DNA from: Euryarchaeota archaeon RBG_16_67_27
GTDB lineage: Archaea; Thermoplasmatota; Thermoplasmata; RBG-16-68-12
Assembly (NCBI GenBank): GCA_001800745.1
Contig: MGVZ01000029.1
Span: 9,133-73,132, forward strand
Direction of reading: 5' to 3'
DNA: 64,000 nt
A model generated the notes under the pieces. The model was not told the DNA's origin. It searched no databases and saw only the letters and a program-made list of their open reading frames with translations. This document shows, piece after piece, positions 19,843 to 28,872 of the stretch (position 1 is its first letter; every line of letters starts with the position of its first letter). The translations under genes and the position numbers were made by a program.

Positions 19843-21330
19843 TCAGGCGTGGCTCTTCGCCGCGGCGAGACCCGTGATCGCCCCGAGGGCGACGAACAGA
19901 AAGCCGGAGAACCGGAGGAGGAACCCGACGTCGGGTGGGATCGCTGCGATCGGCGTCATCCCGAGGAACACCGGGAACTCGACGAGGACCTCGTACGCGA
20001 GCCACGTGCCGAGGCCGAGGCCGATGAGACCGATTCCCCCGACCGGGCTCCGGTGCTTGTGCCCTGGGACCGCCAGGACCGCGGCGACGGGCGCCGGCGT
20101 CGTGGCAGTGCTCGCGGTGACGGCCTGCGCCTCCGACACGGATCCGGGTCTCGGAGCGGGCAGGTCCACGGATCCGTACCGCCGGCACGCGTCGCACCAC
20201 CACCGATCGTATTGCTCGATCCATCGAAGCGTCGCTCCACAGCTCGGGCACGCGTGCTTGATGCTGGACGCCGGGGCGTACGCCCTGCAGATGTGGCAGT
20301 ACCACCGGTCGTACCGGGAGATGTAGTCGAGCTCGCGGCCGCAGGTGGGGCATGGATGCTCGACGCGGCGGACTTCCGGTTCGCGCGGCCTCGGAGCCTC
20401 CTGCGCCTCGGCCACGGCGGACGGCTCCAGCGCCGGCCCTGCGACGAGTTCGGCGGCGGGGGTCGCCGCGGGTGCGGGACTCGGGAGCGGACTGATGAGG
20501 ACGACCGCGGATGCGGCCGTCGGGGCAGGCTCCGCCGCAGGTGCAGGCGCCCAGTCCTTCGCCTCCTCGGGCTTCTGGACAAGCAGCAGGGCCGCCCCGG
20601 ACGCACCGGGGGCTTCGATTGCACGAGGCGGTTCGGGGCGGGGCTTCGCTTCAGGAGGCGCCTCCTGTCGGACGGCCCCCGGTGTCGCAGGGCGCGGCTC
20701 TGGGAGGATCACCGGTGGAGGCGTCTCCGTCGGAGCGGTGTTCCTCTCCTCCTCCTCGAGATAGCTGAGGAGCCGTTCTCGGAGTTGCTCCTTCGTCCCG
20801 GACGGATCGAGTTCGTACGCCTTGCACAGGTCGATGAGGAATGGCTTTTTCGCCTCAAGGATGTGCTCGCGCTTCAACGGAGGACGTTCGTCGGAATCGA
20901 GCTCCTCGTCGAGCTCCTCGAGCTGCTTCTCCTCCGTCATCGGCGCGGGGGTAGAGGGTGCCGAGGCCGGGGCGGCATCCCGAGGCCCGACGGGCGTTGG
21001 GACCGGTGCGACCTCCGGTGTCGAAGCGGGTACCGCCGGGGGAGCGGGCGATTCGACGGACGGCTGCGCCAGAGGCTCCGAGGCCGGGGCGGGCGACGGG
21101 GTCTCCTTCGGCGGCGTCTTTGGAACCGCGTACGCGTTCTCCCGGTAGCAGTAGAAGCGGTCATACGCGGCGATGTACGACAGGATGCCGCCGCACGCGG
21201 GACACCGCTCCGGTCCGCGTTCGCCATACCCCTCCGGGGCGTACTGCTGGCAGCGGTGGCAGAAGTGCCGCCGGTACTGCTCGAGGAAGGAAAGCTCGGC
21301 ACCGCAGTTCGGGCACGGAAGCGCGGTCAC
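19843..21330 (-). CDS. Membrane-anchored protein with 4 Zn-ribbon repeats, a SAP-like domain, Pro/Ala linkers and 2 C-terminal TM helices
   Basis: Four CPxCGxxLx(2-5)YxR(F/W/H)xCxxC-type repeats; KKPFLIDLCKAYELDPSGTKEQLRERL; hydrophobic C-terminus. Confidence 0.8.
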   Translation of the reverse strand: MTALPCPNCGAELSFLEQYRRHFCHRCQQYAPEGYGERGPERCPACGGILSYIAAYDRFYCYRENAYAVPKTPPKETPSPAPASEPLAQPSVESPAPPAVPASTPEVAPVPTPVGPRDAAPASAPSTPAPMTEEKQLEELDEELDSDERPPLKREHILEAKKPFLIDLCKAYELDPSGTKEQLRERLLSYLEEEERNTAPTETPPPVILPEPRPATPGAVRQEAPPEAKPRPEPPRAIEAPGASGAALLLVQKPEEAKDWAPAPAAEPAPTAASAVVLISPLPSPAPAATPAAELVAGPALEPSAVAEAQEAPRPREPEVRRVEHPCPTCGRELDYISRYDRWYCHICRAYAPASSIKHACPSCGATLRWIEQYDRWWCDACRRYGSVDLPAPRPGSVSEAQAVTASTATTPAPVAAVLAVPGHKHRSPVGGIGLIGLGLGTWLAYEVLVEFPVFLGMTPIAAIPPDVGFLLRFSGFLFVALGAITGLAAAKSHA

Positions 21331-21460
21331 TCGCTCGCGCGCACGCGGGCGCGCCCGCATAAAGACTTCCCCCAGGTTCGCGCGTTTGAGACCGATTCGT
21401 GCCCGCGCCGTGCACGTCCCCGGGAAACCCTTTTACTCTTGGCGACGATGGGCACCACGC

Positions 21461-21533
21461 GCCACCATAGCTCAGCCGGTAGAGCAGCCGCCTTGTAAGC
21501 GGCAGGTCGGGAGTTCAATTCTCCCTGGTGGCT
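21461..21533 (+). tRNA. tRNA-Thr(TGT)
   Basis: GCCACCA/TGGTGGC acceptor stem, GCCGC-CT-TGT-AA-GCGGC anticodon arm, GGGAG-TTCAATT-CTCCC T arm; promoter-like GAAACCCTTTTA upstream. Confidence 0.96.
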
Positions 21534-21630
21534 CTCCCCGTGCCTCGCGATCCTCCTCTCTATTCCTAACGGAATTTCCAGTGTGGTCAGATATTAGTAG
21601 AACCGGTTCCTCTTTCCGCTTGGTGCGGAC

Positions 21631-21831
21631 ATGAGCGAGCAATTCACGGTCCAGGACGTTCCGAGAGTCCTGGGTGTCGTCTTCTTCGCCGTCGATTTCG
21701 CGGCGATCGCGGACCGAGCGCTCGCACTGAGGCCCGGGGAGATGCTCCAGCTCCGACCCGAGGAAGCTCCGAGGTCGGCACCGATCCTTGAGGTCTCCGA
21801 CGACTCCTGGCGCAGCGACATTCAGGCGTGA
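21631..21831 (+). CDS. Hypothetical small protein (66 aa)
   Basis: ATG ORF in an otherwise empty gap after an AT-rich, promoter-like stretch; no recognisable family. Confidence 0.4.
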   Translation: MSEQFTVQDVPRVLGVVFFAVDFAAIADRALALRPGEMLQLRPEEAPRSAPILEVSDDSWRSDIQA

Positions 21832-21953
21832 GACGCAGGCGGTTCCGCCGGACGCGGGACGCATCGTCCGTCTCATCGCGCACCAAGAAGTCGTCACGGT
21901 TAAATACGGCGTAATATCTAGACCTCCACGGCCAGGTGGACTGACCCCTCTCC

Positions 21954-22340
21954 ATGCTCCAACCGCAGGAAGTCGTCGTCGCGAAGCTTCTCCCGGCGAT
22001 TCGCGCGAAACTCGCGCAGGGGCTCATCCGAAAGTATCAGATGAAGCAGGTCGACGTTGCCAGGGCCATGGGGATCACCCAGGCCGCGGTGAGCCACTAC
22101 AACACGAAGACCCGCGGGGTGGATCAGGACATCCTCCGGCGCTTCCCAGAGATCGACACCTTCGTTCATGAGCTCGCAGAACAGATCCACGACGGCCTGT
22201 CGAAGTCAAGGCAGATCGCCGTCCTGAACGAGTTCTGCTTCAACGTCATGCAGACCGCACGGTTCTGCGAGTACCACAAGAAACTCGGGGACATCGACCC
22301 CGTGTGCGCGGCGTGCTTCCCCGCCCCGCCGCGACCGTGA
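21954..22340 (+). CDS. HTH transcriptional regulator (COG2522/ThiR-N-like) with C-terminal Cys/His cluster
   Basis: LLPAIRAKLA, KQVDVARAMGITQAAVSHY, FCEYH...CAAC. Confidence 0.8.
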   Translation: MLQPQEVVVAKLLPAIRAKLAQGLIRKYQMKQVDVARAMGITQAAVSHYNTKTRGVDQDILRRFPEIDTFVHELAEQIHDGLSKSRQIAVLNEFCFNVMQTARFCEYHKKLGDIDPVCAACFPAPPRP

Positions 22341-22344
22341 CGCC

Positions 22345-23364
22345 TCAATCCCGCGGCATGTCCCGGATCGCCGCGCCGTACTTCCGGAGCCACTGCCCGA
22401 CCGAACGGGCGCCGACCTTCCGGTACCCGGCGCGCGAGCGGCGCTTCGCCAGGGCTCCGCGGAGGCCCGCGTAGGCGTCGAGCCGCCCCCGGACACGCGC
22501 ATCGACGAGTTCGCGGAACCCGGGCCCGGCCTCTGCGCCCGCCGCCCGTCGGCCGAGACCCCTCCGTGCAAGGGCCTCGAGGAGCCGCACGGCGTTCCAG
22601 CTCTCCCCTCCGGCGACGTACGCCCACGGGTAGTTCATCACGAGGTTCCAGATCCGGTTCCGTTCCCCCTGGTACGTCTTCCAGGCGGACTTGAAGCCAA
22701 CGGACGCGGAGTACTTGTGATGCACGACGGAGCGGGGCGCGAAGCGCCCCTCCCAGCCCGCAAGCCGCAGCCGCCACGCGAGGTCGAGATCCTCGAAGTA
22801 CGCGACGAAGTCGCCGTCGAACAGGCCGACGGCCTCGAGCGCCCCTCGCCGGTACAGGGCGGCCCCCGCGGATGCGCCGAAGACGTCCACCGCGTCATCG
22901 AACTGTCCCTCGTCCTTCTGAAGCCACCCCCGGTCCACGCCGTTGCCGTCGGGGGCGATCAGGATCCCTGCGCTATTGATGACACCCGGACGGTCCATGA
23001 ACACGAGTTTCGAGGCGACGGTTCCGATCCGCGCGGGATTCGCCGCGCGCACGAGCTCTGCGAGCCACTCCGGGTCCACCCGGGTATCGTTGTTCAGCGT
23101 GACGACATACGTGCACTCGGGATCACGGAGCGCGACCTCCATCCCCGCGTTCGTGCCCCGTGCGAAGTGCAGGTTCTCCGGCAGGGCGACGAGTGCGGCC
23201 TCCGGGAATTCGTCCCGGATGATTTCCCGCGATCCGTCCGTGCTCGCGTTGTCCACGACGATCACGCGGTACGTCGCGTACGTTTGGGCGAGGACGCTCC
23301 GGAGGCAATCCCGGATGTACGCCTCCCCGTTCCAGTTCAGCACGACGACGGTCGCTGCCCCCAT
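22345..23364 (-). CDS. Glycosyltransferase family 2
   Basis: VVLNWNG, VVDNASTDG, LNNDT, YFEDLDLAWR. Confidence 0.93.
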   Translation of the reverse strand: MGAATVVVLNWNGEAYIRDCLRSVLAQTYATYRVIVVDNASTDGSREIIRDEFPEAALVALPENLHFARGTNAGMEVALRDPECTYVVTLNNDTRVDPEWLAELVRAANPARIGTVASKLVFMDRPGVINSAGILIAPDGNGVDRGWLQKDEGQFDDAVDVFGASAGAALYRRGALEAVGLFDGDFVAYFEDLDLAWRLRLAGWEGRFAPRSVVHHKYSASVGFKSAWKTYQGERNRIWNLVMNYPWAYVAGGESWNAVRLLEALARRGLGRRAAGAEAGPGFRELVDARVRGRLDAYAGLRGALAKRRSRAGYRKVGARSVGQWLRKYGAAIRDMPRD

Positions 23365-23409
23365 GGACGCTGCCGGGAACCCGGGGGGAGGATTAGAAGG
23401 TGGCGGACC

Positions 23410-24705
23410 TCACGTCGGCCGGGGCGGGGTCGTTTCGTCGCGTGCCTGCCGCCGGTAGTCCCAGAGGCCCACGACCGCGAACCCGGCGAACCCGACCTGC
23501 GCCGCGAGGATTGCGACACCGACCCCCGTCAGCCCGAAGCGTGGCATGAGGGCGTACGACCCGCCGATCGCCGCGGCGACGAACCCCGCGTTCAGCGCGA
23601 TCAGGGGCGCGAGCCGACGCTCGACGCGGAGCCGCGTCGTGTACGCCCCGTTGAACGCCTGCACGAGCCCGTTCACCAGGAGGAGCTGGAGGAGCACGGC
23701 CGCGGTCGCGTAGCTCTCGTGAAACGCGGAGAGGAGGAACGGGGCGAGGAGGATCCCGACGAGCGCCGCGGGGGCGAGGACGGCATACGTCCAGAGGAGC
23801 CCCGTGCGCGTGTGCTCCTCCATCCGGCGCTCGTCTCGGGACGCCTCCGCGAGGACGGAGAGCTGGACGGAAGCGGGGAGGAGGTTCAGGAGGTTCGAGA
23901 TCTGCCACGCGACGTAGAAGAACGCCGCGGCCTCGGGCCCGATCGCATGCAGGGTGATCACGGGCAGCAGGAGCGCGACGCATGAGGCGAGGAGGACGGC
24001 GGTCTGGTTTCCCGCGGCGAACCGGGCCATCTCCCGGGCGGCCCCGCGGTCGATCCTCCAGCGCATCCGCCCGAACGCGTTCGTCCGCACGACGACGAGG
24101 ATGCCGATCGCGGTCCCGCACCACAGCGCGAGCCCGAACGAGGCCGGGATGCTGAGGCCCGTGCCTGCGAGGAGGACGAACGGCACGAGGAGACCGAGCT
24201 TGAGCACGTTCGTCACCGCACCTCTCTGGAGCACGCGTTTCGCGGCCCCGATTCCGATCAGCGCGGCGTCGAGAATCACGAACACCGTCCAACCGGCGAC
24301 GAACCCGAGGAAGAGGACGCCCTGGGCGGGTGTCGCGAGGGACGCGGCAAGGCCGGGCGCCCACAGTGCTGCCCCCGCGAGGAACACGCCGGACACCGCG
24401 AGGGACAGCCCGAAGCCGAGCAGGAGGGCGGTGTCGACGAATGCCGCGGTCCGCAGGCCCGCCGCAGGGGCGTACCGGATCAGGGCGGTCGGGAAGCCGA
24501 ATTGGGCGATCGCGCTCAGGAGCACCCCGACCCCGATGATCGCGGTCCCGATGCCGACCTCCCCCGCGGAGAGCAGGCGCGCGGCGAGGACCCAGAACAC
24601 GAGTCCGAAGACCGCACCGATTCCCTCGTTGACTGAGAGGTACGCCGCGTTCCGCATGAGCGGCGACCGGAGGTCCCGGAGGACCCGGGTCGGCGTCCGG
24701 ATCAC
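23410..24705 (-). CDS. Wzx-like oligosaccharide flippase
   Basis: About 12 TM helices, GLVFWVLAARLL..EVG; GTGA overlap with the upstream GT2 stop. Confidence 0.85.
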   Translation of the reverse strand: MIRTPTRVLRDLRSPLMRNAAYLSVNEGIGAVFGLVFWVLAARLLSAGEVGIGTAIIGVGVLLSAIAQFGFPTALIRYAPAAGLRTAAFVDTALLLGFGLSLAVSGVFLAGAALWAPGLAASLATPAQGVLFLGFVAGWTVFVILDAALIGIGAAKRVLQRGAVTNVLKLGLLVPFVLLAGTGLSIPASFGLALWCGTAIGILVVVRTNAFGRMRWRIDRGAAREMARFAAGNQTAVLLASCVALLLPVITLHAIGPEAAAFFYVAWQISNLLNLLPASVQLSVLAEASRDERRMEEHTRTGLLWTYAVLAPAALVGILLAPFLLSAFHESYATAAVLLQLLLVNGLVQAFNGAYTTRLRVERRLAPLIALNAGFVAAAIGGSYALMPRFGLTGVGVAILAAQVGFAGFAVVGLWDYRRQARDETTPPRPT

Positions 24706-25597
24706 GCCCGGCCCCTCCCCGTATGGAGGATCGCCCGTCCCGCACGCAGGGACTCGATGCGAGCCTCGACGATCCAGCGGACCGCGCGGGCCTTGTCGCG
24801 GGAGCGGAGGAACTCCGTCGTCGCCGTGAGCGGGAAGAGCACAAGCCCGTCGAGGGCGAGGTAGAGCCGCTTCCACCGGTAGTTCCGGAGGCACACGAGG
24901 GTCCGGTTCCGCAGCATGTGGCGGAGGTACGTCCGCGTGCCCGCGCGATCGCGGCGCGACGCGCGGTGCGTGACCCGGGCGGCCGCGGCGTACGCGACCC
25001 GGTGGCCCGCGGAGCGCGCGCGCCGGCAGAAGTCCAGGTCCTCGCCGTACATGAACAGGCTCGCCTCGAGGCCGCCGAGGCGACGGAATCCGCGAGGCGG
25101 AAGGCGATCGCGCAGCCCGAGACCGCGTCGACCCGGCGGTCCCCCTCGTGGACGACGCAGATCCCCCCGTACAGCACCTCGAGGCCCGCGGCGTAGAGTC
25201 CCGAGCCGTCCTCGTACGCCACCCGGCTCCCGACGACGGCGACGCTGGGGTCGTCGAAGGCCCGGAGGATCGCGGAGATCCACCCGCGGTCGACGACGGT
25301 GTCCTGGTTGAGGACCGCGAGCACGCGCGCGCGGGCGAGCTCCCCGGCCTGGTTCACCGCCGCGGCGAACCCGAGGTTCTCCGCGTTCCTCACGATCCGG
25401 TGGTGAGGGAACCGCGCCGCGTGCCGGGCCACGACAGCCACGCTCTCGTCCGCGGATGCGTTGTCGATGTACAGGAGCTCGTACTCCGTCGCAGGCATAT
25501 CCATCGCGAGCAGCGAGTCGAGGCACGCCGCGAGGAACCGCGCCCCGTTGTAACCGACGATCGCGATGCTCACCCGGAGGTCCGGCTCGGGGATCAT
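24702..25597 (-). CDS. Glycosyltransferase family 2, frameshifted at about 25088 (probable sequencing error)
   Basis: MIPEPDLRVSIAIVGYNG..DNAS..LNQD in one frame, FRRLGG..FMYGEDLDFCRR in the next; one extra T (GAT TTC CGT) restores the frame. Confidence 0.82.
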
Positions 25598-26706
25598 CGC
25601 GTGCCCCCCGCGCCGACCGCCCGGTAGATCCGCTCGTACTCCTGCGTGATCGACTCCCATGAGAACCGCGTCTTCGCGACGTCTTGGCCCGCGCGACCGA
25701 GCGACACGCGTTTCTCCGGGTCCGTGTAGAGGTCCGCCATGGCGGCCGCGAGCGCCTCGACGTCCCCCGGGGGGACGAGGACGGCGTTCGACGCGTCGCA
25801 CACGCCCGGGATTCCCCCGACCCGTGACGCCACGACGGGAAGGCCCGCGGCCCACGCCTCGAGGATTGCGATCGGGAATCCTTCCGCACGGGACGCGAGC
25901 ACGAAGACGTCCGCGGACCGGTACGCCCGGACGAGTGCGTCCCGCTTCAGGGGTCCGAGAAATCGAACGACGGATTCAAGGCCGAGCGCCCACGTCTCCT
26001 CCCGCAGACGGGCCGTGAGGGACCCGTCCCCCGCGAGCTCCACCAGGAACGGACCGTCGACGAGCTCGCGGCATCGGGCCGTCGCGCTCAGGAGGATGTC
26101 GATCCCCTTCTGGGGTTCGTGGCGGCCCACGAAGAGGAATCGGAACGGCGGCTCCTGAGGCACGTCGATCGCGAACTCCCCCGCGTCCACCCCGTTCGGG
26201 ACGATCTCGACATCGGCAAACCCTCCGGACCGAAGGGCCTCGCCGGACGTCGGGTCGACGGTCGTGAGCGCGGACGCCCGCGCGCGGCGGATTAGGAACC
26301 GTTCGAGCCAGCCGGCAACGGGTCCGCGGGTCGGGAACCAGACCCCGTGGCACGTGAGCACCACCGGGACGCCGCTATCCCGGGCGACGGGCCCGACGGC
26401 CGCACCGACGTCGACCGCATGGGCATGCACGGCGTCGAACCGGTCCCGCGTGACGTGCGCCCTCGCCCAGCGGCGCATCGCGGCCATGGCCCGGACCCGG
26501 CGGAATGTGATCCGATCGAGGTCTGCGGCGGCCTGCCGGGGTCCGACCCGATGGATCCCGGGTGCGGGCTCGACGCCCGGGGCGTCGTACGTCAAGACCT
26601 CCACAGTGTGCCCGGCTCGCCGCTGGACCCCCGCGAGCGCCGCGACCGCGGTCGCGTCCCCGCCGACGACGGGCGGGACCTTTTTCACGACGTGGAGAAT
26701 CCGCAA
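25594..26706 (-). CDS. Glycosyltransferase family 4
   Basis: LRILHV..PPVVGG, VPNGVD, FVGRHEPQKG, EGFPIAILEAWAAGLPVV; TTG start. Confidence 0.92.
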   Translation of the reverse strand: MRILHVVKKVPPVVGGDATAVAALAGVQRRAGHTVEVLTYDAPGVEPAPGIHRVGPRQAAADLDRITFRRVRAMAAMRRWARAHVTRDRFDAVHAHAVDVGAAVGPVARDSGVPVVLTCHGVWFPTRGPVAGWLERFLIRRARASALTTVDPTSGEALRSGGFADVEIVPNGVDAGEFAIDVPQEPPFRFLFVGRHEPQKGIDILLSATARCRELVDGPFLVELAGDGSLTARLREETWALGLESVVRFLGPLKRDALVRAYRSADVFVLASRAEGFPIAILEAWAAGLPVVASRVGGIPGVCDASNAVLVPPGDVEALAAAMADLYTDPEKRVSLGRAGQDVAKTRFSWESITQEYERIYRAVGAGGTR

Positions 26707-26750
26707 CGGCGCGCGGATTCCCGCGAACCGTGATAAAGGTGCGGGCGACC

Positions 26751-28436
26751 TCACGGCGCGAGCGCCCAGTCGATCCAGTATACGCGAGCGTACGCGTTGT
26801 CGAAGACCTTCACGAACGGGGCGTCGTCGAACTTCGCGATCGCCTCCGGGGACATCGGGACCGCCGGGTCCCACGGGTACAGCTGCACGCCCCGTTCGAT
26901 GTCCCCGTCGACCCAGACATAGCTCCCGTTCCTCACCCCCGAGGGCGAGGGGATGCCGATCAGGCCGGACCGCGCCTCCACGAATGTGCCTGCGAGGAGC
27001 GGCGTGCGAGTCGTGTCCCACGTTGCGTCGACTCCGCCGAAGCCGAAGGCGAGGGTCGAGGCGCGGTGGTCCGTCACGAGGAGTCCGTCGACGTGGTCCC
27101 GGGACCAGTGCGCCGCGTCCAGGGCCGGCGCCCGCGTCCCCTCCTGCCACCGGCCGAGGATCTCCGGCGGCGGGAACGCGGTGAGGGCGTTGCCCGCGAG
27201 GAGGACGATCGCGATGGCGATCACGGTCGTCCGACGGCCTTGGCCCACCCCCGCGAGGTCGAGGATCCGGAACAGGCCGATCCCCGCGAGGACGGCGAGG
27301 AGCACGATGAGGAACTCGATGTGCCGGTACGGGATCAGGAGCCTCGGGGCCGCGACGATCCCGACGAGGATCGACGCAAGGAGGGCGAGGATCCAAGCGA
27401 ACGGCGCGAGTCCGTCCCGGAGGAAGTCGAAGAACCGCCGGCCGGGGGCGGAGAACGCGACGAGGAGGTAGACGGGGGCGAAGTAGTACAGCACGCTCGC
27501 GGGGGGCGCGATCGTCGTCCCGGGGATCGCGACGGCGGCCGCGAACGCGATCAGGGCGAAGAGGAACCCGACGGTCCCCGCGTACAGGCCCGCGGCACGG
27601 TCGAGGCCCGGGTACCTCGGCCGGTACCGGCGCTCGGAGCGTCGGCGGAGGACCACGAGCGCGGCCAGCCCCGCGAGAAGGACGGGCAACGCCGCGGGGA
27701 GGAGCCACCACGGGTCCACGTCGACGTCGCTCAAGAGCGCGTCGCGGAACGGGGCCGCGTAGGCGAACCAGTAGAGGAGGGTGAGGGCGACGAGGATCCC
27801 GGCGGCGGCGACATCCCGCGTCTCGCCGGCCGCAGGCGTCGAGCGGACAAGGGCACGAAGGAACAGGGTGGCGACGACCATGACGATCAGGAAGTACGTC
27901 GAAAGGTGGTGGGTCACGACGAGGGCGCCGCCAACGAGGACGAGGGGGAGGAGCGCCTTCGGATCCCCACGGAGCCGGAGGAACAGGAGGAGGCCCGCGA
28001 AGACGAACAGGTCCCCGACGGTCGCGGGAGCGGCGTGGGAGGTCGGGTACACGTGGGGCATGACGACGGCGACGAGCGCGGCGGCGAAGAGGCCCGCCTT
28101 CGCCTCGCCCGTGATTCGCGCGGTGAGGAGGAAGATTGGCAGCACGGCGAGCGCGCCCGCCACGGGAACGAGGAGCCCGAGGGCCGCTGACGGAGCGACC
28201 GGCGCGAGCGACGCCATGGCGCCCGGAAGGAACCACATCCCCGGGAAATACGGATACGTGAAGCCCCACCCTCCGTAGTCCGTCGAGACGTGGGCGGTCT
28301 CGAGGAGCCCGCGAAGGATCGCGACGTACTCCCCGATGTCGGACCCCCAGTGGACGTAATACAGGAGGGGGGAGAGACGGATCCCGATCGCCGCAAGGAC
28401 GACCGTCGTGAGCGCGGCGCGGACCGACTTCCTCAT
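26751..28436 (-). CDS. Polytopic membrane protein, GT-C/PMT-like glycosyltransferase candidate
   Basis: N-terminal TM then WGSDIGEY loop, YPYFPG, THHLS, many TMs, soluble C-terminal domain; lies within the glycosylation cluster. Confidence 0.7.
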   Translation of the reverse strand: MRKSVRAALTTVVLAAIGIRLSPLLYYVHWGSDIGEYVAILRGLLETAHVSTDYGGWGFTYPYFPGMWFLPGAMASLAPVAPSAALGLLVPVAGALAVLPIFLLTARITGEAKAGLFAAALVAVVMPHVYPTSHAAPATVGDLFVFAGLLLFLRLRGDPKALLPLVLVGGALVVTHHLSTYFLIVMVVATLFLRALVRSTPAAGETRDVAAAGILVALTLLYWFAYAAPFRDALLSDVDVDPWWLLPAALPVLLAGLAALVVLRRRSERRYRPRYPGLDRAAGLYAGTVGFLFALIAFAAAVAIPGTTIAPPASVLYYFAPVYLLVAFSAPGRRFFDFLRDGLAPFAWILALLASILVGIVAAPRLLIPYRHIEFLIVLLAVLAGIGLFRILDLAGVGQGRRTTVIAIAIVLLAGNALTAFPPPEILGRWQEGTRAPALDAAHWSRDHVDGLLVTDHRASTLAFGFGGVDATWDTTRTPLLAGTFVEARSGLIGIPSPSGVRNGSYVWVDGDIERGVQLYPWDPAVPMSPEAIAKFDDAPFVKVFDNAYARVYWIDWALAP

Positions 28437-28548
28437 CCTGCCGCGTAGCGCCGTGCGCTACTAAAGGGTTGTCTGGGCGCCCGACTCCCCGGGCCGCCTC
28501 GGGGCGGGGGCGCAAGGTTTTTGTGAGATGCGCATCTCCCGGGGACGG

Positions 28549-28872
28549 ATGGCGGACCGCTGCCCGGACTGCTATGCGGAGCTGCCCGAGGACGCCGTGT
28601 GGGTGTGCCCGGCGTGCGGGTACACGCTCCGCACGCCCGCGGTGGCGAAGGTCGGCATCGTCTTCATGCTCCTCGGCGTCGTCCTCCTTGGCTCGTACCT
28701 CGTCGGCCCGGAGAACCTCGGCCTGAAGACCGGCTGGATGCCCACGGAGCTCGCCGAGTTCACGATCGCCAACTACGCATGGCTCGTCCTCGGCGTCCTC
28801 GGCCTCGGGATGGCCCTCGTGATCGCCGGCGCGGTCAAGCTCCGCGTCGAGCGCGCGGCCGTCGCGGCCTAG
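28549..28872 (+). CDS. Zn-ribbon protein with two TM helices
   Basis: CPDC...CPACG followed by two hydrophobic segments. Confidence 0.8.
   Translation: MADRCPDCYAELPEDAVWVCPACGYTLRTPAVAKVGIVFMLLGVVLLGSYLVGPENLGLKTGWMPTELAEFTIANYAWLVLGVLGLGMALVIAGAVKLRVERAAVAA

Noticed and set aside
21461-22340. Integrated element at tRNA-Thr
   Set aside because: No integrase and no duplicated tRNA 3' end were found in the window.
24702-25597. Programmed frameshift or phase variation in the GT2 gene
   Set aside because: There is no slippery heptamer or long homopolymer; a single T missing from a short T run mirrors the lesion near 17460 and fits sequencing error.
25594-28515. 973-aa glycosyltransferase fusion
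   Set aside because: Only the last 370 aa or so are GT4; the upstream part is an off-frame read-through overlapping the real 561-aa membrane protein.
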